Shown here: positions 1 to 12,694 of the stretch, in pieces
Layout: each line of letters opens with the position of its first letter
Numbering within the stretch: the first letter of the stretch is position 1
Assembly: GCA_020137815.1 (NCBI GenBank)
Contig: CM035362.1
Coordinates: 372,001 to 436,000, forward strand
Length of the DNA: 64,000 bases
DNA from: Hormiphora californensis
Lineage: Eukaryota > Animalia > Ctenophora
Reading direction: 5' to 3'
Made by a program: the position numbers and the translations under genes
The notes under the pieces: model-generated
Told to the model about the DNA's origin: nothing
Seen by the model: only the letters and a program-made list of their open reading frames with translations
Database searches by the model: none

Positions 1-3000
1 ATGGAACGAACTATTAAACCACTGGAAGACAAGGGATACAGGTTGGATTAGCTAAACTTCTTCTCCTTACTATTATGTGACTGGATTTGTTTAACCCTTT
101 AAGGACGAGAAGGATTGGCTCGATAGATTTTTCTAATTTTTCGTTTATAAGTAGATATTATTACCACAAACTACCTCGAAAAAGAAATTTGAAGTTTCGA
201 CATGTAGTTTTTGCTGGGCCCACTGTGTCATATATGACTCTATCGTCCGTAAGGGAATTCTAGTAACAAATGTCATTTGTGCAAAAGTATGGGTCCAATA
301 GTCAAATTTTATGCTTTGAGGCAGTCTATAGCTATAATTTCTACAATCTTGAACGGTTTTTACTAGAAAAATACCCCAAATTCTACATTTTGTATCATAT
401 ATGACTCTATCGTCCCAATTGGTAAATTCTCCAAAAACATCCATAACTCGGGCTAGAAAAGGAGGTAAGAGTCAAATCAGGGCACTAAACTGTGTAGAAT
501 CATCGCATTAGTGGGGGTAGAGCACATATTTAGGTCGCTATTTTGCCCCCTAATTGAGATAATTGGATAATTAGCCAATTATCTGTCCCGCGCATGCTAA
601 TAAATGAAACTTTGCTTTGGGAAGGAGTTATGAGGCAAATGGGGGCACTAAAATGTGTAGAATCATCACATTAGTGGGGTTAGAGCACATATTTAGGTCT
701 CTATCTGAACCGCTAATTGAGATAATTGGATAATTAGCTAATTAGTTACCCTCCAGCGCTAAAAAATTAAATTTGGCGGAGTATACAAGACAAATGGGGG
801 CACTAAAATGTGTAAAATCGTCGCCTTAGTGGGGGCAGAGCACATAGCTGAGTTTCTATTCCCGCTCCTAATTGAGATAATTGGATAATTAGCTAATTGA
901 CGGTTGCATAATGCCCCCTTTTCACCATATACCGTGGTTTTTGGCTAATCCTGAGCTCTTTTGTTCAATCTAAGGATCTTTTTGCATCCCTTTACCCCAT
1001 TTGCATCACCTTTGACTCGTTTTACACAATAATATAGCACTCTATACAACCCTAGACGCCGACTTCAGCTCTGTACAACCCCCTTGCTTCATCCTATTCC
1101 TAGCTAGACCTCTCATACACCATACTAAACGCCTTCTACAGATAATCTTTATTTCCGATGGAGTTCATGAGAAGTTTCCTTAGTGGCAAATGCAATGAGA
1201 TTGTGAGAGTGATGAGGAGAAATAATGTAGGGGGAATCTAAACTGTGTGTCCAATAATAAAATGGGAAACTGTAGTACATTAGGGGTTGAACGTCTTGTA
1301 GGAGCAATAGGATATCCCAAAAAAAATCGGTTAGGAAGGTGTATGAGAGGTCTAGGATTAAGCAAGAGGGTTCTAAAGAGCTGAAGGCGGTGTCTAGGGT
1401 TGTATAGAGTGCTATATTAGTGTGTAAAACGAGTCAAAGGTGATCCAAATGGGTAAAGGGATGCTAGAAGGGCCTTAGATTGAACAAAAGAGCTAAGGAT
1501 TAGCCAGAAACCACGGTTTATGGTGAAAAGGGGGCATTATGCAACCGTCAATTAGCTAATTATCCAATTATCTCAATTAAGAGCGGGAATAGAAACTCAG
1601 CTATGTGCTCTGCCCCCACTAAGGCGACGATTTTACACATTTTAGTGCCCCCATTTGTCTTGTATACTCCGCCAAATTTAATTTTTTTAGCGCTGGAGGG
1701 CAACTAATTAGCTAATTATCCAATTATCTCAATTAGGGGTCCAGATAGAGACCTAAATATGTGCTCTAACCCCACTAATGTGATGATTCTACACATTTTA
1801 GTGCCCCCATTTGCCTCATAACTCCTTCCCAAAGCAAAGTTTCATTTATTAGCATGCGCGGGACAGATAATTGGCTAATTATCCAATTATCTCAATTAGG
1901 GGGCAAGATAGCGACCTAAATATGTGCTCTACCCCCACTAATGCGATGATTCTACACAGTTTAGTGCCCTGATTTGACTCTTACCTCCTTTTCTAGCCCG
2001 AGTTATGGATGTTTTTGGAGAATTTACCAATTGGGACGATAGAGTCATATATGATACAAAATGTAGAATTTGGGGTATTTTTCTAGTAAAAACCGTTCAA
2101 GATTGTAGAAATTATAGCTATAGACTGCCTCAAAGCATAAAATTTGACTATTGGACCCATACTTTTGCACAAATGACATTTGTTACTAGAATTCCCTTAC
2201 GGACGATAGAGTCATATTTGATACAACGACTAAAACGTTAATAACTCATTCAATTTTTAATATTTTTTGATGCGGTTTTTTGCATTCGATTTGTTATGTC
2301 AAGTAGTTTTATCCCTTCAAAGGATTATTTGTGCCCCTCAAAAACAAAAATTTGAGAGGGGTTTTTAAAAAAAGGCCTAAATTAGCCTCCCGAGAAGGGC
2401 CATAAAAAAATTTCTTCGATTTTCCGAGCAGATTTGGACGTGGTTTTGGGTTCAAAATCCCTAAAACTAGCTTGTGACAAAAAATTAGCCACCTAGACAT
2501 CATGTAGCGCCTTCCAGACGGTCTAGAATGGACCGTGTCATATATGACCTATCGCCCTCAAAGGGTTAAATAAGTTTAATTATCAGTATCACTGACAATA
2601 CCAATTTTATGACTTGATTGATTGTAGGTATACAGAACAAGTGTTTAATTTTATCACTGACAATACACTTCAGATTTGGGCTGTGTAACACTGAACGATA
2701 CAACTTCTCACCGACACGGAGTGGAGTTAACATTGATTTTAACACCTTTAGGTTCCAGGTGAACAACATTCAGCAAGAACTCAAACAATAAATGTATTTT
2801 GTTACCATGGTTACCAGTTATTACCCCTCCCTTGAGGCGCATGAAGCGCACCAAACGAAAGTGTGTGAGGTGTCTTCGATACCAATGTATTACCGTAATC
2901 TGGGGTAACTTTGTTTTGCAGGGTAACTTTGGACACTTTCAAAATTTGGCTTTAGTCCAAAATTACCAACAGATAACGGCATATTTGGCATAATTTTTGG

Positions 3001-5430
3001 GTGTACAAGTAATTGACCCACAAATGTCTAACTAACGGTACAGTTATTTTTTCCAAGTCTATGCTAATTAGCTCCTAATTAGGGTCAAACATAATTGATG
3101 TCAAAATCGCTAAAAATGTTCAAATCAAAATGGGTACCATAGATCTGACCGGGCAAATGATCGAATCAAGTTTGCTCCATAGAGTGGAAGGGTTTCGATC
3201 AAATAATTCGGGGCAACATTTTTCAAATCCGACCAATTACTTTAATTGAGACTAATTGGGGTGGCTAATGTTACCCCACCATATTTTGAATTTTGGGGTA
3301 ACTTTGGACGGGGTGCCAAAGTTACCCCATACTACATGTTTTAACTTTTGATGTCTGCAGAGTTGAATTAAACCCTCTCTGACTTGTTTAGAACCATCTG
3401 ACCAAGATTTAGCCCGATCCATGCCCATTTTCATCGATCTATTCTCTAAGGTAGTAAAAAAACAGAATTAGTTCTACTTTATGGAGCTAAATCATAGAAA
3501 TCCGCCCTGAAACCCATCAAACTTCAATAATTTGGGGTCCCTCATCCATTCTGTAGCTTGGTAGATGGTATTGACCCTCTAGGCGAGTCTATTAGTTCTT
3601 GTGGACATTCTATGCAGGAACACAGGCACCAAAACTCCTTTATTTAGCCAGTACCCATAAGTGTCCGGCCACTTCCTGGCGGTCCAATTCAGTAAAAAGA
3701 ACTAATACTGCCGCCTAGGGGCCCAATACCACCTACCAAGCTAGAGCGTGGATGAGGGACCCCAAATTATTGAAGTTTGATGTGTTTTAGGACGGTTGTT
3801 TGTGATTTAGCTCCATAAAATAGACCAAATCCTCGTTTATTCACTACATTTAGTGAGTAGATGGATGAAACGGGTGTGGATTGGGCTGAATCTTGGTCAT
3901 ATGGTCCTAAACAAGTCAGATAGGGTCTAAGGCAACTCTACAAACGCTCATATCGAAAACCTAAACATTTTATGTTCATTTATTTATCATTGCAAAATGT
4001 GTCCAAAGTTACCCCACCCTCATTCCAAAGTTACCCCATGCCCTAAAACCCCACTTACACTAAAATACGTGTTAATTAATCTAATTAAATGAGACGGGAC
4101 CAAAAATTTCACTAGTTATATCTGGTGTACTGGGTCTGGAACGGGATTATTTGGTTCAAAAATTTTTGAGTGTGGTTCTGGCAAGGAGTTACTTTAGGAG
4201 AATGCTAAAAAGTGGTACAAAGTTACCCCAACTTACGGTACCATGGTTACCAGTTATTACCCCGTCATAATACCCCAGGCGAGTGCAGCAGACTATCTAC
4301 TCCACTTTGGTATAGGATCAAGTACTGAACAAAGTGACAACCCCTCTCCTTCACAATTGTTCCAGGCTGTCAAAGGCTTCATCCTCCAACTACATGTGGT
4401 TGTACCGAGGAATGATTTATGGTACAAGATTTCATTAGATGGTTATTAAAGTACCGATCTCAGAGTCAAAATGATAAAAAACCCTTCTTTCTCAGGCATT
4501 TCTTTCATACTCCGAGCACAACGATTTATCACGACTTTGAGTTTCAGTGCTAAAACCACGGTTCCACTACAACCGTATCTGTGTTGAATTATAACAACTT
4601 CCTCGAAATGTTATACAGATGTGCTTGGTACTTGTAGTTTCATACAATTCACCCCCCCCATCTCTTCTCTCTCTCCCATCTCTACTCTTCTTCATGTCTC
4701 TTCCACTTTCTCTTCTCTTCCTTCCCTCTCGTCTGATGCTCTTCCTCATCTCCTCTCTCTCTCTCCTCTCTCGTTCTGTCTCTATCTCTCTCCCGGTGTC
4801 TCCTCCTCTCTCTCTCTCTCTCCTCCTGGCCCACTCGTCTGCTCTCTTCTCCATTCTCTCCATCTTCGTCTCTCCTCGTCTCTCTCATCTCTGCAGGTCT
4901 CGTCGTCTCGCCTCGTCTTCGCTCGTCTGCTCTCCGTCTTCTCTTCTCTCTCTCCTCATCTCTCTGCTCTCTGTTCTCGCGTCTCTCTCGTCTCGGTCTC
5001 TCTCTCTCTCTTTCTGTCACTGACAGTGTCAGTCTCCCTCTCTACACCACGTAACCACCAGAACAGATGTAGGTGGTGAAGAGGGAGCGAATCAGGAGTC
5101 AGTGGCAGTGAACTACCCCCGTTCCACGTACCAAGACTCCCTCCTCAACTCTGTCTCCTACCTCGACCTGCTCAGTCCCCCCTCTAAAGTCCCCTCCCCC
5201 CTATCTCGGAGATATCATACCGGGTGTCCCCGGACAAGCACTTGGAAGTGGATAGCTGTGAGAAGTACAGTACTGTGAAGAGGATGGTTGTTAGTCAGAC
5301 CTGGCTAACGAGCTGGATCAAAGACCTGTATCAGATCGAGGAAAATATCATGAAGAATACTTCCGCTAAAACTTTGTAAAGAAATTATGACTTTAACTTG
5401 TCCCATTTCCCACCAACTGATTCCCATGTT
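1..5430 (+). CDS. 3' part of an unidentified multi-exon gene (candidate exons ~1-41, ~2673-2751, ~4279-4428, ~5026-5430)
   Basis: Open segments bounded by AG/GT (MERTIKPLEDKGY; FGLCNTERYNFSPTRSGVNIDFNTF; AVKGFILQLHVVVPRNDLW; ...VNYPRSTYQDSLLNSVSYLDLL...EISYRVSPDKHLEVDSCEKY...). The last segment needs a frameshift in a C-run. No family recognised. Confidence 0.3.
95..2565. mobile_element. Non-autonomous piggyBac-like foldback element
   Basis: TTAA at 91-94 and 2566-2569. Imperfect TIRs CCCTTTAAGGACGA / TCGCCCTCAAAGGG. Internal inverted arms ~225-1110 and ~1345-2217, which explains why ORFs 145-444(-) and 2005-2241(+) are near-identical. Each arm holds three ~160-bp subrepeats. No transposase. 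Confidence 0.85.
2893..4238. mobile_element. Non-autonomous Tc1/mariner-pogo-type DNA transposon
   Basis: TA flanks (2891-92, 4239-40). TIRs CCGTAATCTGGGGTAACTTTG / CAAAGTTACCCCAACTTACGG. Internal inverted repeat ~3370-3590 vs ~3710-3930. Confidence 0.8.
4655..5015. repeat. Degenerate (CT)n microsatellite
   Basis: CT-rich low-complexity tract; source of the spurious Ser/Leu and Arg/Glu ORFs. Confidence 0.9.
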
Positions 5431-5593
5431 GAGTGAGGGATAATATATGGAACTTTGTGAAAATGGGATCATGCATTGTTACAAAAGAGCTTTTAAATTA
5501 CTGAAGGTTTTAATTTGGTGTCTTTTGCTTCTTTGAATATATCTGAGGTAACTGAAATGGTGCGGGGGGGGGGGGGGGGGGGCAATGGTTCTA

Positions 5594-6553
5594 ATAATAT
5601 GTTCCCGGGATGTTGGAAGATTCATGATTCAAGTTAGATTCAAAATGATATGATCTACTGTCTGGCACTGTTATAATCTGTCTGTCTATCTCTCCGTCCC
5701 CCAGCTATAAACGGGCGATCACGTAGATGTAAGGCATCACACCCTTTCTAGCGTGCTTCGCTTAGAGGGTTGAGAGGAATTGTGAATACGTGAATACTAT
5801 CCCCATGACAACACGGTGTCTGTTTGGTCTGTCTGTTTGGTTGTTGTATGTTTGTCTGTTTGGTTGTGGGAACTATATCTAGCACCTGAGAAACACGTCT
5901 GGTGAATGAGTTACACAGCTGCAGTAGGGATCGTGTAGATACCTGGCATAGTACATGAGCTATTATAATGCGGAGAGGTAATTTCATTGATTACCAATAG
6001 GACATCCGGGATAACAAAGTCCCCGATCCTGTTCCTGACATATCACACATACCGCAAGGCTACCCACTTTGAAACAGTAAACGACAATTTATTTAACGAA
6101 ATACATCAAAAAATATTGAAAAATAAAAGAATTCACAAACAAACAGCAAACCAGCAATTAAATTTGGTGACATAGACACCTGGCGCGACCAAGATTGAGC
6201 TGAGTGCGGGGGTCGCGCCAGGTGGCATGTCTATATGTCACCAACAATTAAATATCATCTGTACATTCAGATTTAACCTGTGGTAAACCTTCCAAATCTA
6301 GAATAGGTTGCATCTCACACTCACCACCTTTAATTGCCCCTAAATGATCTTTGTTCCTCAAACTCAATTGTCTAACAAACTGTCTCCTGACTTCTGGGGT
6401 TACACAAGCTATCCTATCCGAGAAGGGGGTGATGGTGAGGGGCTGACGGAGTATTATTTTGTGTCTCGCTCTCCATGTTAGGTAGAGGAGTAATGCCGCA
6501 CAGATGAAGATGGAGAGGAGGGAGAAGAGGGTGTATTTCAGACATGTCCTCAT
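5594..6553 (-). CDS. Putative multi-exon type II membrane protein, function unknown
   Basis: MRTCLKYTLFSLLSIFICAALLLYLTW (ATG 6553) gives a single N-terminal TM followed by a Cys-containing lumenal part. Donor-like CAG|GTTAAA near 6278. Further candidate exons (NRIGDFVIPDVLLVINEITSPHYNSSCTMP ~5943-6034; ~5594-5760). The joins are uncertain. Confidence 0.4.
6164..6244. mobile_element. 81-bp hairpin MITE with 9-bp TSD (Mutator-like signature)
   Basis: TIR TTGGTGACATA...TATGTCACCAA, inner IR ACCTGGCGCGACC/GGTCGCGCCAGGT, direct repeat CAATTAAAT at 6155-6163 and 6245-6253. Confidence 0.75.
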
Positions 6554-6935
6554 ATCAAATCTAGATTTGTTGAGTGGTTTTCCTTTCAAAGAAACTCTCC
6601 TGATAACTCCTGCCCCTGAATGAATCAGAATTTTGCGAGGAAATTAGCTATAAAACCAGGAGACTGATCTCCTTCACTCTGCGCCGTGTAGAGATTTATC
6701 TCTTCATCCTGTGTAGAACTAGAACCATGTAAATGTAATGGACCTTAGAAAGAGTTGTTGTTAGATTTTATTAACACTCAATGTCAAATCCCGGTCAATA
6801 TCAAAATCATGAAATATAAATGAAAGTTAAGCGATTTGGTTACTGGGGTAGTTTGGTAAACAGAGCATTGGTACTCGAACTCCATCATGATACTTTATAG
6901 TAGCCATAACAGATATAATTGCTTGAATAGTAATA

Positions 6936-7105
6936 AAGTCGGACCCCGATTTAGTGGCCCCCGATTTAGTGGCACCCCGATTTAGTGGCAGGATTCTTTT
7001 CCCCCGATAAACGAAAATTAACATTATTTGAACCCGATTTAGTGGCACCACGATTTAGTGGCAGGATTTTTCCCCCAAGGATGCCACTAAATCGGGGTCC
7101 GACTG
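6936..7105. mobile_element. Tc1/mariner-type MITE (CAGTCGGACCCCGATTTA family)
   Basis: TA-flanked, TIR AGTCGGACCCCGATTTAGTGGC / GCCACTAAATCGGGGTCCGACTG, internal CCCGATTTAGTGGC repeats. Related copy at 16182-16281. Confidence 0.8.
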
Positions 7106-7454
7106 TACAACAAATGATACACACATCTCTTGCCAGTACTACTCACAGCTCACATATTCGGTAGTACACAACCGATACGCACATAATGTGTTATGTTGGC
7201 TAATCTCGTGGTTGTATGCTAGGAGAATACACACAAGTTCAATATATATTTGTAGAATACCAAGCTGAATAATAGGTGTGGTCACTGGTCGGTATTGGTT
7301 TCCAAGTGTCAATGTGACACACACGAATATCAATAATGTGACACAGTGTAACGGTGAAGGAAATCAAATATATTGGCACGGAAGCTCATGCCGTATCTAG
7401 AATTGATACACATCCAATTGAATACACGCATACGCCAACAAGCCGGGGTATTAA

Positions 7455-7459
<5 letters not shown>

Positions 7460-7511
<52 letters not shown>

Positions 7512-7705
7512 AGAGAGATCGAAGAGGAAGAGATAGCTGAGGAGGAGAGATGAACGTGAGAGAGAATAGCTAGACGTAGCGATAGCTCCCCTTCTATCTC
7601 CTCGTCTCTCTCTCCTCTTCATCTATCTAGCCTCGTATTCTGCTCTCGCTACTAAACTCTCTTCTCTTCTCTCTCTCTGCTCTCTAACCTTCTTGCTCTC
7701 TCTGC
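7460..7705. repeat. (GA)n/(CT)n microsatellite
   Basis: Direct inspection. Confidence 0.9.
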
Positions 7706-7959
7706 TTGTTCGCGCCCACAAACAACGGCTTGCCATAGAGACCAGGTTAGTATTGGTTTGAGAAGAGAGCAATGCCATAGAGACGGAGAGAGAGCTCTCT
7801 GTATTCTATTATTAGATGTTTCTGAACACGCAAAATATTACGGTGAACTCTCCAGGAAATTAAACAGCAGAACCATGCTGTATTCTGTAACTGAGTAGCT
7901 GCACTTCTGCACTCAGGGTTGTACACTAACTGCAAACTAAAAAACACCACATTTCGAGG

Positions 7960-8471
7960 AAATACTAGAAAATAGTTAGTAAGGGAAAGGAAACTGGGGG
8001 GTTTTGGGGGAATTGTTATCCCACTTTTTTGGGGGGAATTTTAATTTTCTTTTTTTTTGGGGGGGGGGGGGGATAAAAATTAGGGCAAAATTTTTTCCCC
8101 AAATTTCCCCAACCCCTTTTCCCCTTTTTCCCCTCCTTTCCCTTTCCCCCCCGAAAAAAATTTTTCGACTAATTTGTTGAAGGGTCCCCCAAAATTCCCC
8201 TTTAAAATTTTTTCCCAAAAAAGGGTTGTACGGGGTTTTTTTTTTCCAATTTAAATTACCCAAAATTTTTTTTTCCCAAAACCCTTTTTGGAAAGGGGGC
8301 CCCCGCCTTAAAAATTTCCCCCCCCAAAACCCAAAAAAAACCCCCCGGGGTTTTGGGGAGAGAAGGGGAAGAAGGGGGGGAAAGGAAGAGAGGGAGAAGA
8401 AAAAGAAAAAAAAAATTTTTTTTTTTTTGGGGGGGGGTTTTTTTTTTTTTTTTTTTTTTTGGGGGGGGGGG

Positions 8472-8503
<32 letters not shown>

Positions 8504-11400
8504 TTTTTTTTTTTTCCCCCCCCAGGCCTAAAAAGGGGGGGTTTTTTAAAAGGGGCAGGAAAAAAGGGGAAGGATTTCCCGGTATTCTTTTTAATTTTTT
8601 CGAACACCAAAAACTTTTGGGGAAAAAAAAAACCCCCTTTTTTCCTATAAACCCCATTTTCCCTTTGAAAACTTCAAACTAAACACATTCTAGGAAACTA
8701 CTCAGATAAGCCCTATGGTTTTTTTTTTGTAAAGGGGAAGGATCAGAAGGGGGGGGGGGGGGAATGTTCAACTTTTGTAGGATTAGGAAACGACAATTTC
8801 CTTGGTACCTATACTACTCAACTCACCCACTTTTTTCCTTTTTTCCTGTTATTATTTGGGGTTTTTGGTAGTTTTTTCCCATTTGAGGGCGATTTTCCCC
8901 CCCCCCCCTTTTCCACCCCTCCCCCCCTCCCAAAAATTGTGATTATTTCCCCCGGGGGGTGGGGTCTTGGAAAAAAAGGAAGGGGTGGTGGTAAACGGAA
9001 AAAAGGGGGGGTTTTTTTGGTAAGGGGTGGAAAAAAAAGGGGGGGTTGGGGAATGGGGTTTTTTTGGGTCCCCGGTCTGCCCCCTCGCAAATTTCTCTGG
9101 CCCGTTTGGCAACATCATTTTTTTTTGCCCCCCTACAATCCCCCCAAACCCTAATTGCAACATGGCGGAGGAGAAATGTATTTTTGTACATGATCTGTAC
9201 AAAAGGATTGTTAGTAGGGGCGAAACTTAATTTTTTTTTACTCACTATTTTTTGGTAAAGAAATTCCGGTTGTAAACCCCCTATTTTGGAACCCGCGAAA
9301 AAACATCCCTTTTTTATAGGCCGCTCGCAAAAATGGAGAAAATGCCCCCAAACGGCCACGCCCTTTTTTCCCCGTATTTTCCCCTGTAGGGCCAAAAACA
9401 TAATCCTCTTAGAATAGGAGTAGAGACAAATCTGAGGGCACTAAAGTGATCAGCGCCCTCCGCATTAGTGGGGGTAGGAGGGTGAGATTTCCTTCCCACG
9501 CCCCTTTAGATGCAGGCCGCGGCTAAGTCTATTTTTTTTAGATAGCAATAGTGTCCTACAGACCAGGCAGGGAATCTTCAGGGGTGAAACCCGCATACCC
9601 CGGGGTAACCATGAAGCTCTTGACCCGCATGGATCCATCCCCTCACAACCCACTCCAAGGAAACAGACTGCCCTCCTTGGGTGGTGTGTTTTTTCTCTCT
9701 TCCTTTCTCTAATCCGCTCATGACTCATCTCCCCTCTGAATAGAGATAACCCCCCCGGCCGGTTATCAAAACCATCTCCCCCGCCTTGTGCACTGGGGCC
9801 CAAAGTAGATGGCTAAATACCGGCCAAAATCCGTCCCCCACAAAAGTCCAGGCTGGAGGAGGTTTTAATCTCAACTGGCCATCCCCTCTAACCTTCTGTC
9901 CACCTAGCCTCTGGACAGGTAAAAAAAGGTCTAACAAGCTAGGTCATAACTGGTTAGCTACCAACCGACTCTCGGCCAAAATTTTCCCCCCCGAGGGCGA
10001 GATAAACTCAAGGGTGTTTCCGTAGCCCAACGGGAGAAACTACACTAACCATACCTGGCTCACCTCCCTTCTTCAAAACCCCCCCTGAAAAAGCGTAGGA
10101 ATTCCCAAATGGGTTTTACCCCCCAAAACGAAAAGGTAAACCAAAAACATATCTTTCCCTACCAAAAAAAAGCCCCCCTCAAAAACCTGATAAACAAACA
10201 GAACAAACACTATCCCATGCACAACAAATTTTTCTATGAGTCCCACATAATCCAAACCCCAAAATTTTTCACACCCAGAGTTCCGTTATTGGGAAGGGGA
10301 ACCCCCCAAAAACTACCCCCATGAACGGCCGGACCTCATCTGCATCACCAAAAAAAAAGTAGTTCCATAACCCCAGGGAGTACTGTTACAAATCAGGGGT
10401 TTTTGGGCAGCGCAAAATTAAAAAGGGGTGCCATATCAATGGAGCTTTCCAAATTTGGGCCCCAGCCAAGGGCCCCTTTAAACGTTAAAATGCTGAGATG
10501 CCATCACCAGATCGCTGGAGATACCGAGAGGGCCCAAAATGTAAACAGTGCGGTCGGTCCCTTCATGGGACCTTCAAGACGTTATGGGGGGGCGATTCCC
10601 CCCCCTTATCTCCAAAACCTGGACATAAACGGGGGGAAAAAAACCTCCCGGGGGAAAGAGGAACTCTGGAACCGGCTCCTCTTCTCCCGGGGGGAGGAAC
10701 TGGCTGCCGGACGGGATAAATCACAGTAGAGGATTTGGAAGCGGAGGCGCATAAACAAAAAAAAACAAAAAGTGGGGGGAGTGCGGGGCATTTTTCTCTA
10801 TCTCATCTGGTTATTTGATTTGGAAATTTTGGTTTGCGCAACCGTTTTTTTTTTGGGTATATGGGTATAGCCACTTGGAATGGTTTTTTGAACTTTTCAA
10901 AATGGCGCCCTTTTTTTAGGCAATGGCCAATTTTATGGGGGGTCAAAAGTCGGACTTTTAAGCTCATCCCCCAACCGTTTTAAAAGCCGGGTTTTTTGGC
11001 TAAATCGATGCTCAAAATACGAAAAACGGTAAAAAAAAAACCCGATTTTGGACTCGTTTAGGGCCCAATAACGGTAAACGGGTTTGGGGAATAACTTAAA
11101 AGTCCGACGTGACCCCCCCCCAAATTGGCATTTCCCAAATGGCCCATAAAAACTCTAAAAACCTTCCTAATGGTATAGCCATAGCCAAAAACTTATGCCA
11201 ACCTAATTACCAAATTTTCTAAATTAACCATGAGAAGAGACTTTTAATTTCCCCAAACCCACCCCCCTAAAGTGAGGGCGCGATCCTTAGTGCCCTCAAT
11301 TTTTTTCTTCTTCCTTTCAAAAGGGTTTTTTGTTTTTGGCTACAGGCTGAAAATCAGTAAAAGGGCGTGGCCGATTTGGGCATTTTCTCCACTTTTGCGA
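7960..11400. other. Homopolymer-rich, probably low-quality (unpolished) consensus over a foldback transposon
   Basis: Long A/C/G/T runs dominate. Degraded inverted matches between ~9150-9480 and ~11260-11590 (GCAAAAATGGAGAAAATGCCC..CGGCCACGCCCTTTT vs AAAGGGCGTGGCCG..GGGCATTTTCTCCACTTTTGC). 9435-9478 resembles the subrepeat of the 95-2565 element. Confidence 0.7.
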
Positions 11401-11954
11401 GCTTTTCCTATGAAAGGGATCGTGTTTAGCGGGTCAAAATAGGTGGGTTTAAAACGGATATTTGCTTTTCCATCCAAATTAGTGAGTCAGCCCTTCTTTT
11501 TATAAGAGATTCGTCCCTACTATGTACTAATTATACCATTCCTTCAGCTCATACACATTTACCACCCATGTTCAATTCTTGGGGGAAATCGCTAGAAAAG
11601 ACCAGATTTAGCCTGATTAACACGATACATCAACGTGAATATATTGGGTAATAGATAAATAACCTGTTGTTTTTAGAAATCGAGCGAGATACAAAAGTTA
11701 GTCTGAGAAATTTAGGACAGATTAGAGATCTTTCCCTCAGTCCAAGTTTTAGTATATATTGCGTTGCGAGTCATCCCATGCAGAGAGGACAATAACATAG
11801 TTCTGTGGGATATTAATAGATAGTATAGAGTTAGAGATCCTTCCTCTAGTCGAGCCAAAGCAGAGGAGAGAGAGCTGCACGTCTGCAGCGAACCAGGGAT
11901 ATATCTCCCAGAGAGCATCTTCATTTTGCCGGTCTAATGGCTTCTAATGCTGCA

Positions 11955-12229
11955 TGTGGAGAGGAAGAGAGAGATGAGAGAGAAGATCCAGAACGAGAGA
12001 TAGCGAGGAACGAGGAGCGATAGAGAGAGAGATGATGAGAGAGAGAGCGAGAGAGATGCGAGAGATAGAGGGGAGATCTGGTGCGTCAGCGGAGGATCGA
12101 GAGATCTCTCTCTTCTCGCCTCTTTCGCGTCTCTCCTTCTGCTCTCTCTCTTATCGTCTCTCTATCTCTCGTCTTCTCTCTCTCTCTCTCCTCTCGCGTC
12201 CTCGCTCTCTCTCTCTCTCTCCTCTCCTC

Positions 12230-12265
<36 letters not shown>

Positions 12266-12406
12266 CCTCTCTCTCTTCTTCGCTCTCTCTCTTCTCTCTC
12301 TCCTCTCTCTTCTCTCTGCTCTCTCTTCCTCTCTCGTCTTCCTCTCTCTCTCGCTCTCCTCTCTCTTCTCTCTCTCTCTCTTCTCTTCGCTCTCTGCTCT
12401 CTCCCT

Positions 12407-12450
<44 letters not shown>

Positions 12451-12575
12451 TCCTCTTCTCTTCTCTGTCTCTTCTCCTCTCTCTCTCTCTTCTCTCCTAT
12501 CGCTCTCTTCTCTTCTCTCTGCTCATCTCTCTCTTCCTCTCTCTCTTCCCCTTCTTCTCTTCCTCCTCATCCTCT
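11955..12575. repeat. Degenerate (GA)n then (CT)n microsatellite
   Basis: Direct inspection. Confidence 0.9.
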
Positions 12576-12694
12576 TTGTTTCGCCTCTCTACTGTCACTA
12601 TCAGTCACAGTCACACCAGCACCTCAGTCATAATGACAAATCACATTGCAATTGATTAATTGAAACTCAACTTTCAATTTCATTATATTTCCAG

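Noticed and set aside
145-2241. Near-identical ORFs 145-444(-) and 2005-2241(+) as duplicated genes
   Set aside because: They are mirror images from the inverted arms of a non-autonomous transposon and carry no protein motifs.
7976-10791. Many Lys/Gly/Pro/Phe-rich ORFs
   Set aside because: Translations of homopolymer runs in a probably erroneous consensus.
12032-12659. Long Ser/Leu ORFs (also near 4.6, 21.7, 35, 49, 53 and 55.4 kb)
   Set aside because: Microsatellite translations without stop codons.
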